64,000 bases of DNA, taken from the IMG/VR virus record IMGVR_UViG_3300043775_002839, positions 29,706-93,705 of that record; one strand, given 5' to 3'. Shown piece after piece: positions 27,680-37,689 of the stretch (positions are counted from its first letter, which is position 1; every line of letters begins with the position of its first letter). Origin of the DNA: a virus. The notes under the pieces were generated by a model. The model saw only the letters and a list, made by a program, of their open reading frames with translations. It was not told the DNA's origin and ran no database searches. Both the position numbers and the translations under genes were made by a program.

Positions 27680-29602
27680 ATGACTAAAAACTTACTGATC
27701 CTAGAAAGATCGTCTACAGAGTTAGAGTTTAAACAAGAAGGTGGGACCTATGTTCTAGAGGGTATCTTTGGAGAAATCGATAAGAAAAATCGTAATAACC
27801 GAATCTATACTGAATCTGAATACTTACCGCAAATTGAGGCTCTACAGGCAAAAATTAAATCATCTAAGTTATTAGGTGAATTAGATCACCCGCAAACATT
27901 TGATGTTTCTTTAAAAAATGTATCACATATTATTGAAGAACTTACTTATGACACAGAAACTAAGCAGGTTAAAGGACGTATAAGATTATTAGATACTGAT
28001 GCTGGAAGACAGGCAAAAGCCCTTGTAGATGCTGGTGTTCCATTACAAATTTCAAGTAGAGCAGCTGGTGCAGTTGAATCTAATGGAACTGTAAAAATTA
28101 AACAATTATTTACTTATGATTTAGTGGCAGACCCTGGGTTTGAAAACGCTGAATTGAAAAGAGTTAATGAAGCTTATGGGTTTCTTAATGAAGGAAATGA
28201 CCTATTTATTTACGAGATAAATAAAGAAAACGAACAACAACCAATCGAAAATATAAACGAAACAAAAATGGCAGAGTCTAAATTTATTACGGTTGAGGAT
28301 TTTAATAAATACTCTAAATATCTTTCTGAAGAAATTAAATCTATTAAAGAAGGTATGAATTCTTTAACAGAATCAGAGTCTACTAGTTCTCAATTAGGAA
28401 CCCTTAAAGAATATACTGATTATTTAGCTAAGAAATTAGATGAATCAATCAAATATTCAGAACACATTGCTGAAAAAGCAGACCAAGGTATTCAATACTC
28501 AGAAACACTTGCAGAGAAATTGGATCAAGGTATTCAATACTCAGAGCATATTGCTGAAAGCGTTGATGCTATCAAAAATTACACTAACTATTTAGCTGAA
28601 TCTTACAATGAAGGTTCTACTTCTTACGAGAATTTAATTAAATATACTGAATATTTAAGAGAGAACTTAGAAAAAGTAACTGAGTATGCTGAGTACGTTG
28701 CAGAAACTGTTAACACTAACCTATTATTAGAAGACGAAGCAGGAATTCCAGCTGAAGACCTTAAAGATGAAACAGAAGATGTTTCTCCTGATGTCGTAGA
28801 TGCTGACGGTAATGTAATCACTGGAAAACCAGAAGACGTTGCTAAAGATGTAAAACTTGCTGGTAGTGGAGATGCTGCTGGTGAAGAAATTAAAGAAGCA
28901 AACGACGGAACTGCAGCAGGTTTACCAGCTGAAGATATCAAAAAAGCTACTAAAGATGTTACTGTAGATGTAATTGATGCTGACGGTAATGTAATTAAAT
29001 CAAAACCAGAAGATGTAGAAAAGGACTTAGAACTTGCCGGTAAAGGAGACGCTGCTGGAAAACAAGTTGACCAGATGGAAGCTTACAAAAATTCAATCAC
29101 TTCTAAATTAGAAGCCCTAGTTGAAAAAGTAAATGCTAAAAAAGAAGACAATCCAACATTCTTTAAATTTATCTCTGAAGAGAAAGTAACCGAATTTAAC
29201 GCCCTATCTACTGAAGATAAAACTAAAGTTGTAAGTGCAGTCGAAGGTAGAGGTTACCTAACTGAAGGACAAATCTTGGCCCTATGGAATACTTCATTAA
29301 GTGGAGTTGTAGAAACTAATAATTCACCTACAGTTATTAAATTAATGCCAACTGAATACCATGATACTTGGGCTAAATGTTCTGAAGGTAAGAAAAACCA
29401 AATCATCGCGCAGTCTAAATATCATAAATTAGAAACAGCTTACCAAGTTGCAAACTTTTGGCAAACTAGAGACCTTAGAGAAGTTGCTCCAGTAATGGAA
29501 AAAATCGCTATGGTAAATGAATCAACAGTTGAAGATGTTCAAACTTTAGGTTATGATGCTACCCAATTAGGTGCTGAAATTGCAAAAAGATTCAATAGAT
29601 AA
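27680..29602 (+). CDS. gp21: Prohead protease (gp21) fused to a scaffold (gp22-like) region
   Basis: NRNNRIY, GELDHP, ISSRAAG, YDLVADPGF, then ~440 aa coiled-coil and repeat region. Confidence 0.88.
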   Translation: MTKNLLILERSSTELEFKQEGGTYVLEGIFGEIDKKNRNNRIYTESEYLPQIEALQAKIKSSKLLGELDHPQTFDVSLKNVSHIIEELTYDTETKQVKGRIRLLDTDAGRQAKALVDAGVPLQISSRAAGAVESNGTVKIKQLFTYDLVADPGFENAELKRVNEAYGFLNEGNDLFIYEINKENEQQPIENINETKMAESKFITVEDFNKYSKYLSEEIKSIKEGMNSLTESESTSSQLGTLKEYTDYLAKKLDESIKYSEHIAEKADQGIQYSETLAEKLDQGIQYSEHIAESVDAIKNYTNYLAESYNEGSTSYENLIKYTEYLRENLEKVTEYAEYVAETVNTNLLLEDEAGIPAEDLKDETEDVSPDVVDADGNVITGKPEDVAKDVKLAGSGDAAGEEIKEANDGTAAGLPAEDIKKATKDVTVDVIDADGNVIKSKPEDVEKDLELAGKGDAAGKQVDQMEAYKNSITSKLEALVEKVNAKKEDNPTFFKFISEEKVTEFNALSTEDKTKVVSAVEGRGYLTEGQILALWNTSLSGVVETNNSPTVIKLMPTEYHDTWAKCSEGKKNQIIAQSKYHKLETAYQVANFWQTRDLREVAPVMEKIAMVNESTVEDVQTLGYDATQLGAEIAKRFNR

Positions 29603-29642
29603 TATTATTTTTTGGTTTTTTTAAAAAAACCAAAAAAACAAA

Positions 29643-29650
29643 GATATATA
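29643..29650 (+). promoter_or_regulatory. Putative late promoter GATATATA upstream of the major capsid gene
   Basis: Octamer (G/A)ATA(T/A)ATA recurs before most structural genes (14265, 23241, 27647, 31349, 39629, 42175, 44722, 46830, 60832); analogous to T4 TATAAATA. Confidence 0.7.
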
Positions 29651-29761
29651 ATACTTATTAAAACATATTCGATGCTCAGTTAAGAAGCAAAAAACTGAAA
29701 TAATATCGAAAACTCGTAATATACGAAAACATAAAACCATTAAAAAAAAATAAATTTACAA

Positions 29762-31279
29762 ATGGCAAATTTAATTAATGAAGCAGAAATCAGAGCAACG
29801 TGGGCTCCGATTATCGAATCTGCGACAGGTATCAACGATGCAAGCAAATTAGCTTGGATGTCAGAATACTGTCACAACCACAAATTATATGAAGATGCTT
29901 CTCAAATGAGCTTAGGTACTGCTGGTAACATCTTTGGTATGGGTGCTACAGCTTTACCTGGAAATACCTTTACAAATGGTATGTCTACTACAAAAGGTTC
30001 TGGAGACAAATCTCCTTCTTTACTTCCTTTAGCAATGCAAGTTGCTGCTCAAACTATCGGTCTTGACTTAGTACCAGTAGTTCCTATGGCTGGTCCAATG
30101 GGATTATTATCTTACTTAGACTTTGTTTACGAAGGTGGTAAATTAGGTGGAACTACTGCTCCAACTTATGTTAAAGCTAACCCAGTTGCTGGTACTTCTG
30201 ATTTAGCAGCTGCTACTGCTGGTTCTCCTGCAGTTGCAACATCTACAACTTATACTTACATTGGAAAATCTCGTATCGATGGTTATTCAATCTTTAAAGT
30301 AAATGGTAACCCAGTTGCTGCTAACGTTGCTGCCGATTTACTATTAGCTGTAAATGCTGTATTATCTCCTGATACTACCGGTACTATCTTAGATGTACAA
30401 TTAGTAAAAGCTTTAGAGGATCACGTTAAAGGATTCGCTGCTTCTACTGCATCTGGTACTCCATTTACAAGAGAAGGTGGAGAACAAACTCCAGACAAAG
30501 TTATGGGTCTATCTTTATTCTCTAAAAGCGTTTCAGCTGAAACTTTCCAAGTTGCTGCTGCCGTTACAAGAGAGCAAGTTCAAGATTTAAAACAATTCGG
30601 AGTTGATGCTGTTGCTCAAGTTGAAGCTGTTTTAACTAATGAATTAACTCAAGGTATTAACCAATACATCTTAGGAAGAATCAGAACTTTAGGTACTCTT
30701 AACGTTACTAGAGCTTTCAGCGCTGATGCATTTGACTTAAGCTTACCTGCTGCTTCATCTTTAACAGGTGGTGAAACTTTACCTTCTGTTCACAGAAGAA
30801 TTCTTTCTCAAATCTTAGCTTCTGCTAACTTAATTGCTAACAGAGGTAGAAGAGGTGCTGGTAACTTCGCAGTATGTGGACCACAAACTGCTACAGTTTT
30901 ACAATCAATCGCTGGTTTCGTTGCAAACCCAATGGCAAATACTTTCGCACAAGCTGCTGGAGCTATCTACCCATTAGGATCTGTAGCTGGAATTAACATC
31001 TATACTGACCCTACAATGGACTGGGCTGATTATTCAATCGCAGTTGGTAGAAAAGGAGACGGAAACGGACCTGGTATCGTATTTATGCCTTACTTAATGG
31101 CTGAATCAGTTCAAGCAATTGCTGAAGGAACTATGGCTCCTAAAGTAGCTGTTAAATCTAGATTCGCTCTAGTTGATGCAGGATTCCACCCTGAAACTCA
31201 ATATGTTGAATTTAATGTTAAACCAATCACTGCTTCACCAGCTGTTGCACAATGGACTAACTTATTAACTTTAGCTTAA
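29762..31279 (+). CDS. gp23: Major capsid protein (T4 gp23)
   Basis: W.PI..., VPVVPMAGPMG, EQVQDLK, RGRRGAGNF, FMPY, KSRFAL. Confidence 0.95.
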   Translation: MANLINEAEIRATWAPIIESATGINDASKLAWMSEYCHNHKLYEDASQMSLGTAGNIFGMGATALPGNTFTNGMSTTKGSGDKSPSLLPLAMQVAAQTIGLDLVPVVPMAGPMGLLSYLDFVYEGGKLGGTTAPTYVKANPVAGTSDLAAATAGSPAVATSTTYTYIGKSRIDGYSIFKVNGNPVAANVAADLLLAVNAVLSPDTTGTILDVQLVKALEDHVKGFAASTASGTPFTREGGEQTPDKVMGLSLFSKSVSAETFQVAAAVTREQVQDLKQFGVDAVAQVEAVLTNELTQGINQYILGRIRTLGTLNVTRAFSADAFDLSLPAASSLTGGETLPSVHRRILSQILASANLIANRGRRGAGNFAVCGPQTATVLQSIAGFVANPMANTFAQAAGAIYPLGSVAGINIYTDPTMDWADYSIAVGRKGDGNGPGIVFMPYLMAESVQAIAEGTMAPKVAVKSRFALVDAGFHPETQYVEFNVKPITASPAVAQWTNLLTLA

Positions 31280-31314
31280 TATTTTACTTTAGAACCTACG
31301 TTCTAAAGATACTT

Positions 31315-31346
31315 AAAGGGAACTGAGAAATCAGTTCCCTTTTTTT
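31315..31346 (+). terminator. Intrinsic terminator after the capsid gene
   Basis: AAAGGGAACTGA-GAAA-TCAGTTCCCTTT plus T run. Confidence 0.85.
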
Positions 31347-31383
31347 GTGATATATAATCTATCAAACAAAATACATTAAAATT

Positions 31384-32424
31384 ATGAACAAATTTGAAAA
31401 TTGGTATACAAGTATACTTGAAGAGGTTGCAACACCTACCAAAACCCTAGTTGGAGATGTCGATACGATTATAAACTCACTAGACACTCTTGTTAAAGAA
31501 TTAACTGAAGAATTTGATTCTCCTGAATTTAATGAAGTAAATGAGGCTGATGCAGAAGGTCCAAGCAAAGTTATGCAATGGATTTGGTGGATGCCAAAGG
31601 CCAGAAAGGCGCAACAAAAGATTAACAAAATTAAATTAAATGTTACTGACATGGAAGCTGCCGCTTCAGATGCTCCGGATAAAGACCAAAAGGCAAAAAT
31701 TAGTGCTAAAGCAGGAATTGCTAGAGACCAGGCCGGAGAACTTCAAAAAATGGTTGATGACAAATATGGTGCAAAGGGAGAATTGGTTAAAAAGGCCCTA
31801 AGTAGTGAAAAAATTGCAGGTCAAATTGCATCTATTAAAAGAGCAACGGGATTAGAAGATAATCCAAAAAAGGTTGCATCTTATAAAGAAAAAATGGCTG
31901 AACTTCAAGTTAAATACAAAGAGGATCAGGCTGCAATTGCAGAACTTGAACCTTCTGAAGAGGATAAAAAAGCTGAAAAAGAAAAGAAAGAAAAGGAAGC
32001 AAAAGATGCTAAAACCGCACAAGATAAATTAAATGCTGACGCAGAAGCTGCTAAAAAAGCAACTGCTGATAAAGAAGCTGCCGACAAAGAAACTGCCGAC
32101 AAAGCAACTGCCGACAAAGCAACTGCTGATAAAGAAGCTGCCGACAAAGAAAAACCAAAGGACGATAAAAACTCTAAAGAAGGAAAACTTAAAAGATTAG
32201 AAGATATGTTAGCAAAAGCTAAAGAATCTGGAGACGAAGAAAAAATCAAAAAAGTACAAGACTTAATTGATAAAGTTTCTGCTAAAGAATCATGGCAATT
32301 AGATGGTACTACATTAGGAATGATGTTAGAATCTGAAATCTTAAAATTAGAGATGAGTTTTACATTAAACGAGTCAAAATACAATAATTTTAGCGTTAAA
32401 GATAGATTCTCTAGATTACTATAA
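31384..32424 (+). CDS. K/A/D/E-rich late protein, possible internal head protein
   Basis: Late promoter at 31349; ADKE/ADKA repeats; several LxE-type possible protease sites. Confidence 0.55.
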   Translation: MNKFENWYTSILEEVATPTKTLVGDVDTIINSLDTLVKELTEEFDSPEFNEVNEADAEGPSKVMQWIWWMPKARKAQQKINKIKLNVTDMEAAASDAPDKDQKAKISAKAGIARDQAGELQKMVDDKYGAKGELVKKALSSEKIAGQIASIKRATGLEDNPKKVASYKEKMAELQVKYKEDQAAIAELEPSEEDKKAEKEKKEKEAKDAKTAQDKLNADAEAAKKATADKEAADKETADKATADKATADKEAADKEKPKDDKNSKEGKLKRLEDMLAKAKESGDEEKIKKVQDLIDKVSAKESWQLDGTTLGMMLESEILKLEMSFTLNESKYNNFSVKDRFSRLL

Positions 32425-32919
32425 TTTAGAATTTTTTCTTGCAATATTTAAAAACTCCTTTTGTTGATTCAATAGGAGTTTTTTTACGTGCTGTTGGAAG
32501 GCAACTGAAGATTTAAGGATTCGACCATCCACCGTCTTACCACCAAGAGTATCGTGATAATCAGGATGAACAAAGTTCTCCACATTAAAGTTATTTATAT
32601 TAGACCTGATAGGTTCACCAGAAAGTGCACAAGTCCAATCAATCGTATCATAGCTCTCCTCAAGCTCTTCACCTTTCATTAGCTCTCCAGTCGACCAATC
32701 ATAATAGTACCTGTCCCTCTTTGAATCGTTTTTATGTTTACACATTTCAAAAATAATGTGTAGGAACTGGTCAGACTGGGCACTTTCTTTTATTAGTGGA
32801 TTCTCTAATAGAAGACGACGCTGTTGTCTAGAGAGACCTTCATAACATACACCATACCTATTCCTTGGATAGGGTCCTCCAGTTCTACGAATCTTTGGGT
32901 ATTTGTTATTAAAAGCCAT
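32419..32919 (-). CDS. Hypothetical protein (rare minus-strand gene)
   Basis: 166-aa ORF fills the gap; GATAAATA on the minus strand 4 nt before the ATG. Confidence 0.7.
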   Translation of the reverse strand: MAFNNKYPKIRRTGGPYPRNRYGVCYEGLSRQQRRLLLENPLIKESAQSDQFLHIIFEMCKHKNDSKRDRYYYDWSTGELMKGEELEESYDTIDWTCALSGEPIRSNINNFNVENFVHPDYHDTLGGKTVDGRILKSSVAFQQHVKKLLLNQQKEFLNIARKNSKL

Positions 32920-32984
32920 AAGATATTTATCTGAAACTTATAGAGACCTTCTTATATAATACCTATAAACTTAAACCTAAAAAA

Positions 32985-33935
32985 ATGATTCAAGCACTTT
33001 TTACAGAAAAATATCGTCCTAAAAATCTAGAAGACCTAATCCTTCCAGAACGTGTAATGTCGAAATTTGAAAATGGACTAACACAGAACATGTTATTGGC
33101 AGGTAGCCCAGGAACTGGTAAAACTTCAACTGCAAAGGCTATTGTTAATCAATTTGGATTACCATACCTCTACATTAATGCATCTACCGATACTTCAGTT
33201 GATGTAATTAGAACCCGAATCACTGATTTCTGTTCAACAATGTCAATCCTAGATGACCAAGGAAAATTTAAAGTTGTTATATTAGATGAGGTTGATGGTG
33301 TATCTGACCAATTCTTTAAAGCACTTCGTGCAACCATGGAGCAGTTTGCAAGTAACTCTCGTTTTATTGCAACTTGTAATTACGTTAATAAAATCCCAGA
33401 CCCAATCCTTTCGCGTTTTGAAGTTATTAACTTTGATTTTGATAAAGCAGAAGAGAATGAATTGACTAAGAAATATATTAGACGAGTTTATGATATTTGT
33501 GGAAAAGAGGAGATGACAATTGAAAAACCAGCCCTTGTAGAATTTGTTAAAAGAAACTTTCCAGACTTACGTAGTACTCTTAATAAATTACAAGGATATA
33601 AGACACAAGGTACTCAGAATATTACAATAGATGACGTTAAGAAATTTAATTCAGTCTATAAAGATATGTTTGACCTTATTTTTAATCAAATGGACCCTGT
33701 AGTTAACTATAAGTACATTGTCGGTGAATATTCAAATAGAGTAGATGATGTCCTACAAACGCTTGGTCAAGAATTTATTGAGTATATTCAAACAGAAAAA
33801 CCACAAAATGCCCGACACATTCCGCAAATTGCAATTTGCGTTGCAGAACATCAAGCACAAAGAACCTTGGTAATCGACCCGGTTATTACATTGCTCGCAT
33901 GTGTGTACAAAATTCAAACAATAGTTAACGGTTAG
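32985..33935 (+). CDS. gp44: Clamp loader large subunit (T4 gp44/RFC)
   Basis: EKYRP, GSPGTGKT, ILDEVD, SRF. Confidence 0.93.
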   Translation: MIQALFTEKYRPKNLEDLILPERVMSKFENGLTQNMLLAGSPGTGKTSTAKAIVNQFGLPYLYINASTDTSVDVIRTRITDFCSTMSILDDQGKFKVVILDEVDGVSDQFFKALRATMEQFASNSRFIATCNYVNKIPDPILSRFEVINFDFDKAEENELTKKYIRRVYDICGKEEMTIEKPALVEFVKRNFPDLRSTLNKLQGYKTQGTQNITIDDVKKFNSVYKDMFDLIFNQMDPVVNYKYIVGEYSNRVDDVLQTLGQEFIEYIQTEKPQNARHIPQIAICVAEHQAQRTLVIDPVITLLACVYKIQTIVNG

Positions 33936-33936
33936 T

Positions 33937-34725
33937 ATGGAAAAGGTAGCAATAATTTGTCCAATCAAAGATGAAAATACATTTATCCATAAATTCTTTG
34001 AGTACTACAAGCAACATTTAGATAGTAAGGATATTTATATTCTAGATTTCAGATCGTCTGAAGAGTATATTAAAGATGTGATCCGTCCAAATGCAAATGT
34101 AATACATACCGATGCAGATATTTTAGATGCACCTGGAGTTTTCAATGAAATAAAAAAGAACATGGAATTGTTAAAATCTGAAGGATACAATTTTGTGATT
34201 CCATTAGATGTTGATGAGATACTATACTATCATGATGAAGGAGGACTAAAAGGATTCCTACAGGGTTTAACAAAATCCCATGATATAGTAACATGTAGAG
34301 GGTATGAAGTAATTCACATACCAACCCTACAAGAAGACCTGAAACGGGATGAACCATGGGCGCCTCAAATTAAGTATTGGTACCCTGACCAGCAGTGGTA
34401 TGGAAAAACTTTAATCTCAAGGAGTCAACTTGACTGGGAAATAGGTTTTCATAAATATAAAATAGATAATATTTGGCAACCTGACACACATGTCAATGAT
34501 AGATTACTTTTAATTCACATGCATAAAAGTGATTTTAAAACAACGATTGAACGTCACCAAAAATGGTCCTCAATGACATGGTCTGATGAGACAATCGAAA
34601 ATGGTTACAATTACCATTATAGAATAACTGAAAGGCAAAAAATAATAGATTGGTATTTTGAACCAATCTTAAACAATATTGTATATGAAATGCCAGAAGT
34701 AATAAAAAATAACATAAAAATATAA
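33937..34725 (+). CDS. GT-A fold glycosyltransferase (family 2-like)
   Basis: IICPIKDE, LDVDE (DxD), IGFH, LIHMH. Confidence 0.7.
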   Translation: MEKVAIICPIKDENTFIHKFFEYYKQHLDSKDIYILDFRSSEEYIKDVIRPNANVIHTDADILDAPGVFNEIKKNMELLKSEGYNFVIPLDVDEILYYHDEGGLKGFLQGLTKSHDIVTCRGYEVIHIPTLQEDLKRDEPWAPQIKYWYPDQQWYGKTLISRSQLDWEIGFHKYKIDNIWQPDTHVNDRLLLIHMHKSDFKTTIERHQKWSSMTWSDETIENGYNYHYRITERQKIIDWYFEPILNNIVYEMPEVIKNNIKI

Positions 34726-34786
34726 CACAAAATATTTTACCGTGTCAGATTTTTTTATTATATTTACATAAATAAATTATAGAACT

Positions 34787-36019
34787 ATGAAACTAGGAAA
34801 ACACACACTTATTATCGACGGAAATTACTTCGTGCATAGTAGACTTTTTGTACTTCCACGTCCTAAAAAAGAACAATTACTAGGAGACAGAGATGGCCAA
34901 GAACAATTTATGAGAAAACTATGTATTGACTTTGCGTCAGAGGTCAGAAAAATGACCCCTTTCGTCGACCAAATAGTAGTTGCAGTTGATTCAAAATCAT
35001 GGCGTAAAGACCTATTCCCAACAGCAGAATATAAAGGTACCAGAGTTGCTGATAGTTCAGTTAACTGGGAAAATGTATTTAATGTTTATACAGAGTTCCA
35101 AGATATTCTTGCAGCACAGGGTGTTATTATACACAAAGTACCTGGTGCAGAAGCAGATGATATTCTTTTTGGATGGTCGACACAATTAAATAATGAAGGT
35201 AAAAATTGTATTGTTTGGACTGGTGACCGTGACCTTATTCAATTGGTTAATTATAATGAAGCAACTGATGCGTATACCTTGTGGTACTATAATTCTAAAC
35301 GTAGACTATTAGCATTTGAAGGTTTTGAAAATCTTATTAATAAACCTAATGAGGTAGAAATTTCTAATGATGACTTATTATTTAACATGGGTTCTGCTGA
35401 TGTATTAAATAACCAACTTAAAGGTGATTTTATAGGTTGGATTGCTAAAAACGGCGTAGAAATAGAAGAGATTAATTGTGATGATTTTATCTTTTCTAAA
35501 ATCTTACAAGGAGATAAAAGTGATAACATCCAATCTGTAGTTTCATGGACTAAAAGAACCAGTTCAGGTTCTATCCGAAACTATTCAATCACTGAAAAGC
35601 AGGCTCTTCAAATCCTAGAAAAATATCGTGAAATTGAAGGTAACTTCCACATTGACCATTTTTTCTCTGAAGCACAAGTTAAAACGATTGTTGATATGAT
35701 TCATGAAGTTGTTGGTAAATCTACAATTGATGAAATCCGTCTACGATTTAACCAAAATCTTGACTTAATGTTACTCCATTATAACACAATACCTGGTGGA
35801 ATACAAAAAGCAATATATAATGAAATTGAGAAAGATTTTAAGGTTGAAACTAGATTGGCCGGACTAACTCAGATGGAAAAGATATTGGAAGGAACCCAAT
35901 GGAATTCTAAAGGTTCAACTGGAAGTGGAGCTCCAAAGAGTTTTGACCCATTTGCTACACTTCAACTTGATAAAGTCTCTCAACAACCTGAAACTAAAAA
36001 AATAAATACACTATTTTAA
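34787..36019 (+). CDS. rnh: 5'-3' exonuclease / RNase H (T4 rnh-like)
   Basis: IIDGN, SWRK, YKGTR, EADD, TGDRDL.QL, GDKSDNI. Confidence 0.9.
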   Translation: MKLGKHTLIIDGNYFVHSRLFVLPRPKKEQLLGDRDGQEQFMRKLCIDFASEVRKMTPFVDQIVVAVDSKSWRKDLFPTAEYKGTRVADSSVNWENVFNVYTEFQDILAAQGVIIHKVPGAEADDILFGWSTQLNNEGKNCIVWTGDRDLIQLVNYNEATDAYTLWYYNSKRRLLAFEGFENLINKPNEVEISNDDLLFNMGSADVLNNQLKGDFIGWIAKNGVEIEEINCDDFIFSKILQGDKSDNIQSVVSWTKRTSSGSIRNYSITEKQALQILEKYREIEGNFHIDHFFSEAQVKTIVDMIHEVVGKSTIDEIRLRFNQNLDLMLLHYNTIPGGIQKAIYNEIEKDFKVETRLAGLTQMEKILEGTQWNSKGSTGSGAPKSFDPFATLQLDKVSQQPETKKINTLF

Positions 36020-36020
36020 C

Positions 36021-36191
36021 ATGACAAGCGAGGATATTTTAACAGAAATCTTAATAGAAGTTCATAAAGACGGTGACTTTGAAAAGGTTATTGCAGAGGT
36101 AAACAAATTACGAAAAACCGATATAAATAGTACACAACTTGAACTTTTTGAAAAAGCAATAAAAAATGTTAGACGAAACAAAACTGTTTGA
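36021..36191 (+). CDS. Small hypothetical protein (56 aa, not in ORF track)
   Basis: Read by hand: MTSEDILTEILIE...; fills the intergenic gap. Confidence 0.5.
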   Translation: MTSEDILTEILIEVHKDGDFEKVIAEVNKLRKTDINSTQLELFEKAIKNVRRNKTV

Positions 36192-36594
36192 TTTTATAAA
36201 AATCTTATTCACCAAACCAGCTGAATATAAAAAAATAAGTAACAACAATAAGAAGCGACATCATTTTATGATTAATCGCTTCTTTTCGATTCAGTACCCA
36301 TCAAATGCCCAATTATTTAATAAGAATGGGATTAATCCACTTGCTGTAATTGATAGTTGGTCTCTTGTTGCTGCCCGGTTTAAGAGTGTTCCGGGATGGA
36401 TTTACACTAAGACCAAAAAGCCCGAAAAAGAAGCAACTTCAAAAAGCAAATATATACCATCAGAAGAGGCTATTTCATTCTTTATGGAAAAGAATGAAAT
36501 TGGCAAAAGAGAATTTAAAGAACTTGAAAAATTTGCTAAAGAAGAACTTTACATCTCTTTACAGAGGATAGAGAATTCTATGCAGGTATATTAA
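36166..36594 (+). CDS. Probable clamp loader small subunit (T4 gp62-like)
   Basis: LFDFIK...FMINRFFS motif; near gp44. Confidence 0.6.
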   Translation: MLDETKLFDFIKILFTKPAEYKKISNNNKKRHHFMINRFFSIQYPSNAQLFNKNGINPLAVIDSWSLVAARFKSVPGWIYTKTKKPEKEATSKSKYIPSEEAISFFMEKNEIGKREFKELEKFAKEELYISLQRIENSMQVY

Positions 36595-36603
36595 TACCCG
36601 ACT

Positions 36604-37248
36604 ATGGAACAATTTGAATTTAGTTCGATGCCAACGGCGATCGACGTTACACTGTACAAATATAATTACATTGACAATAAATTATGGGCACAAATCCAAA
36701 ACGATACTGATTTTATCGAACTTGGAAATGACTCTATAATGATATCGGCGTCTCAATTAAAATTTGTATTAGATACATATTATCAAAATTCTATCAATAG
36801 AATTAAATCAGTTGGTTCTGATTTTATCCATAAAGAAATCAACACAGTCTTTTTTCTTTTCCAAATATTGCTAGAAATGGAAAATTTGCAATACATTAAA
36901 TTTACGCTTAACAAGGATAAAAAGTACTCCCGAATAATTGAAACTGATGGTGTAAAAATGATTCAATTCAGTTTTAAATTACTAACTGCAACATTTAGAC
37001 TCTATGACTTGTACGATGATGATGAACTTCTTCTGGTTAATAAGATTCTAGAAGAGATTGAAATCCTTGAAGATGGAATTCCGTATGCCAGACTTAATGC
37101 AAAAGAACTTTATGATACGATACTTTTATATCTTGAAGAAAAAGACCCTGAAGACTTAGAGGCTGGAATAGTTACCGACATTCTGGATATACTTGAGTCA
37201 AAAATTGAGAAAGAGGACCCATTAATCCTATTGATTACTGACTACTAA
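36604..37248 (+). CDS. Hypothetical protein
   Basis: 214-aa ORF. Confidence 0.6.
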   Translation: MEQFEFSSMPTAIDVTLYKYNYIDNKLWAQIQNDTDFIELGNDSIMISASQLKFVLDTYYQNSINRIKSVGSDFIHKEINTVFFLFQILLEMENLQYIKFTLNKDKKYSRIIETDGVKMIQFSFKLLTATFRLYDLYDDDELLLVNKILEEIEILEDGIPYARLNAKELYDTILLYLEEKDPEDLEAGIVTDILDILESKIEKEDPLILLITDY

Positions 37249-37282
37249 TATTTTTTGAATATATAAAGAAAAACGTTTAGTT

Positions 37283-37687
37283 ATGAATTTCTTTAGTAAT
37301 TTTGGTAAAAGAGAGGCATTAATCTATATTATAGTTGCTCTTTGGGTAGGAATGGGACTTTTTGGAGCCTTTAAAGAGGCAAGCTTCACAGACCTTTCGA
37401 TATATTTTGGATCCCTAACAGCATATGCTGCAACTTATATATGGGCTGAATCCAAAAAACCAAGCACAAAATCAGCAATTCTTAAGCCAGGACCAAATTC
37501 TAGAAAAGAAGTAATGATATATGTTATTGTTATTCTTTGGGCTATTGCAGGCTGTGGAGCCATTTGGTTTAAAGCAAACTTAGGAGAACTTGCATTATAT
37601 TTTGTATCATTAACTGGATTTGTAGCATCTTGGCTAGCTGGAGAGGTTTATGCTCCACAAGACAAGATAAATAAAAATATAGATTAA
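37283..37687 (+). CDS. Four-TM membrane protein with an internal duplication (holin candidate)
   Basis: Two similar halves KREALIYIIVALW.../RKEVMIYVIVILW... Confidence 0.55.
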   Translation: MNFFSNFGKREALIYIIVALWVGMGLFGAFKEASFTDLSIYFGSLTAYAATYIWAESKKPSTKSAILKPGPNSRKEVMIYVIVILWAIAGCGAIWFKANLGELALYFVSLTGFVASWLAGEVYAPQDKINKNID

Positions 37688-37689
37688 TA

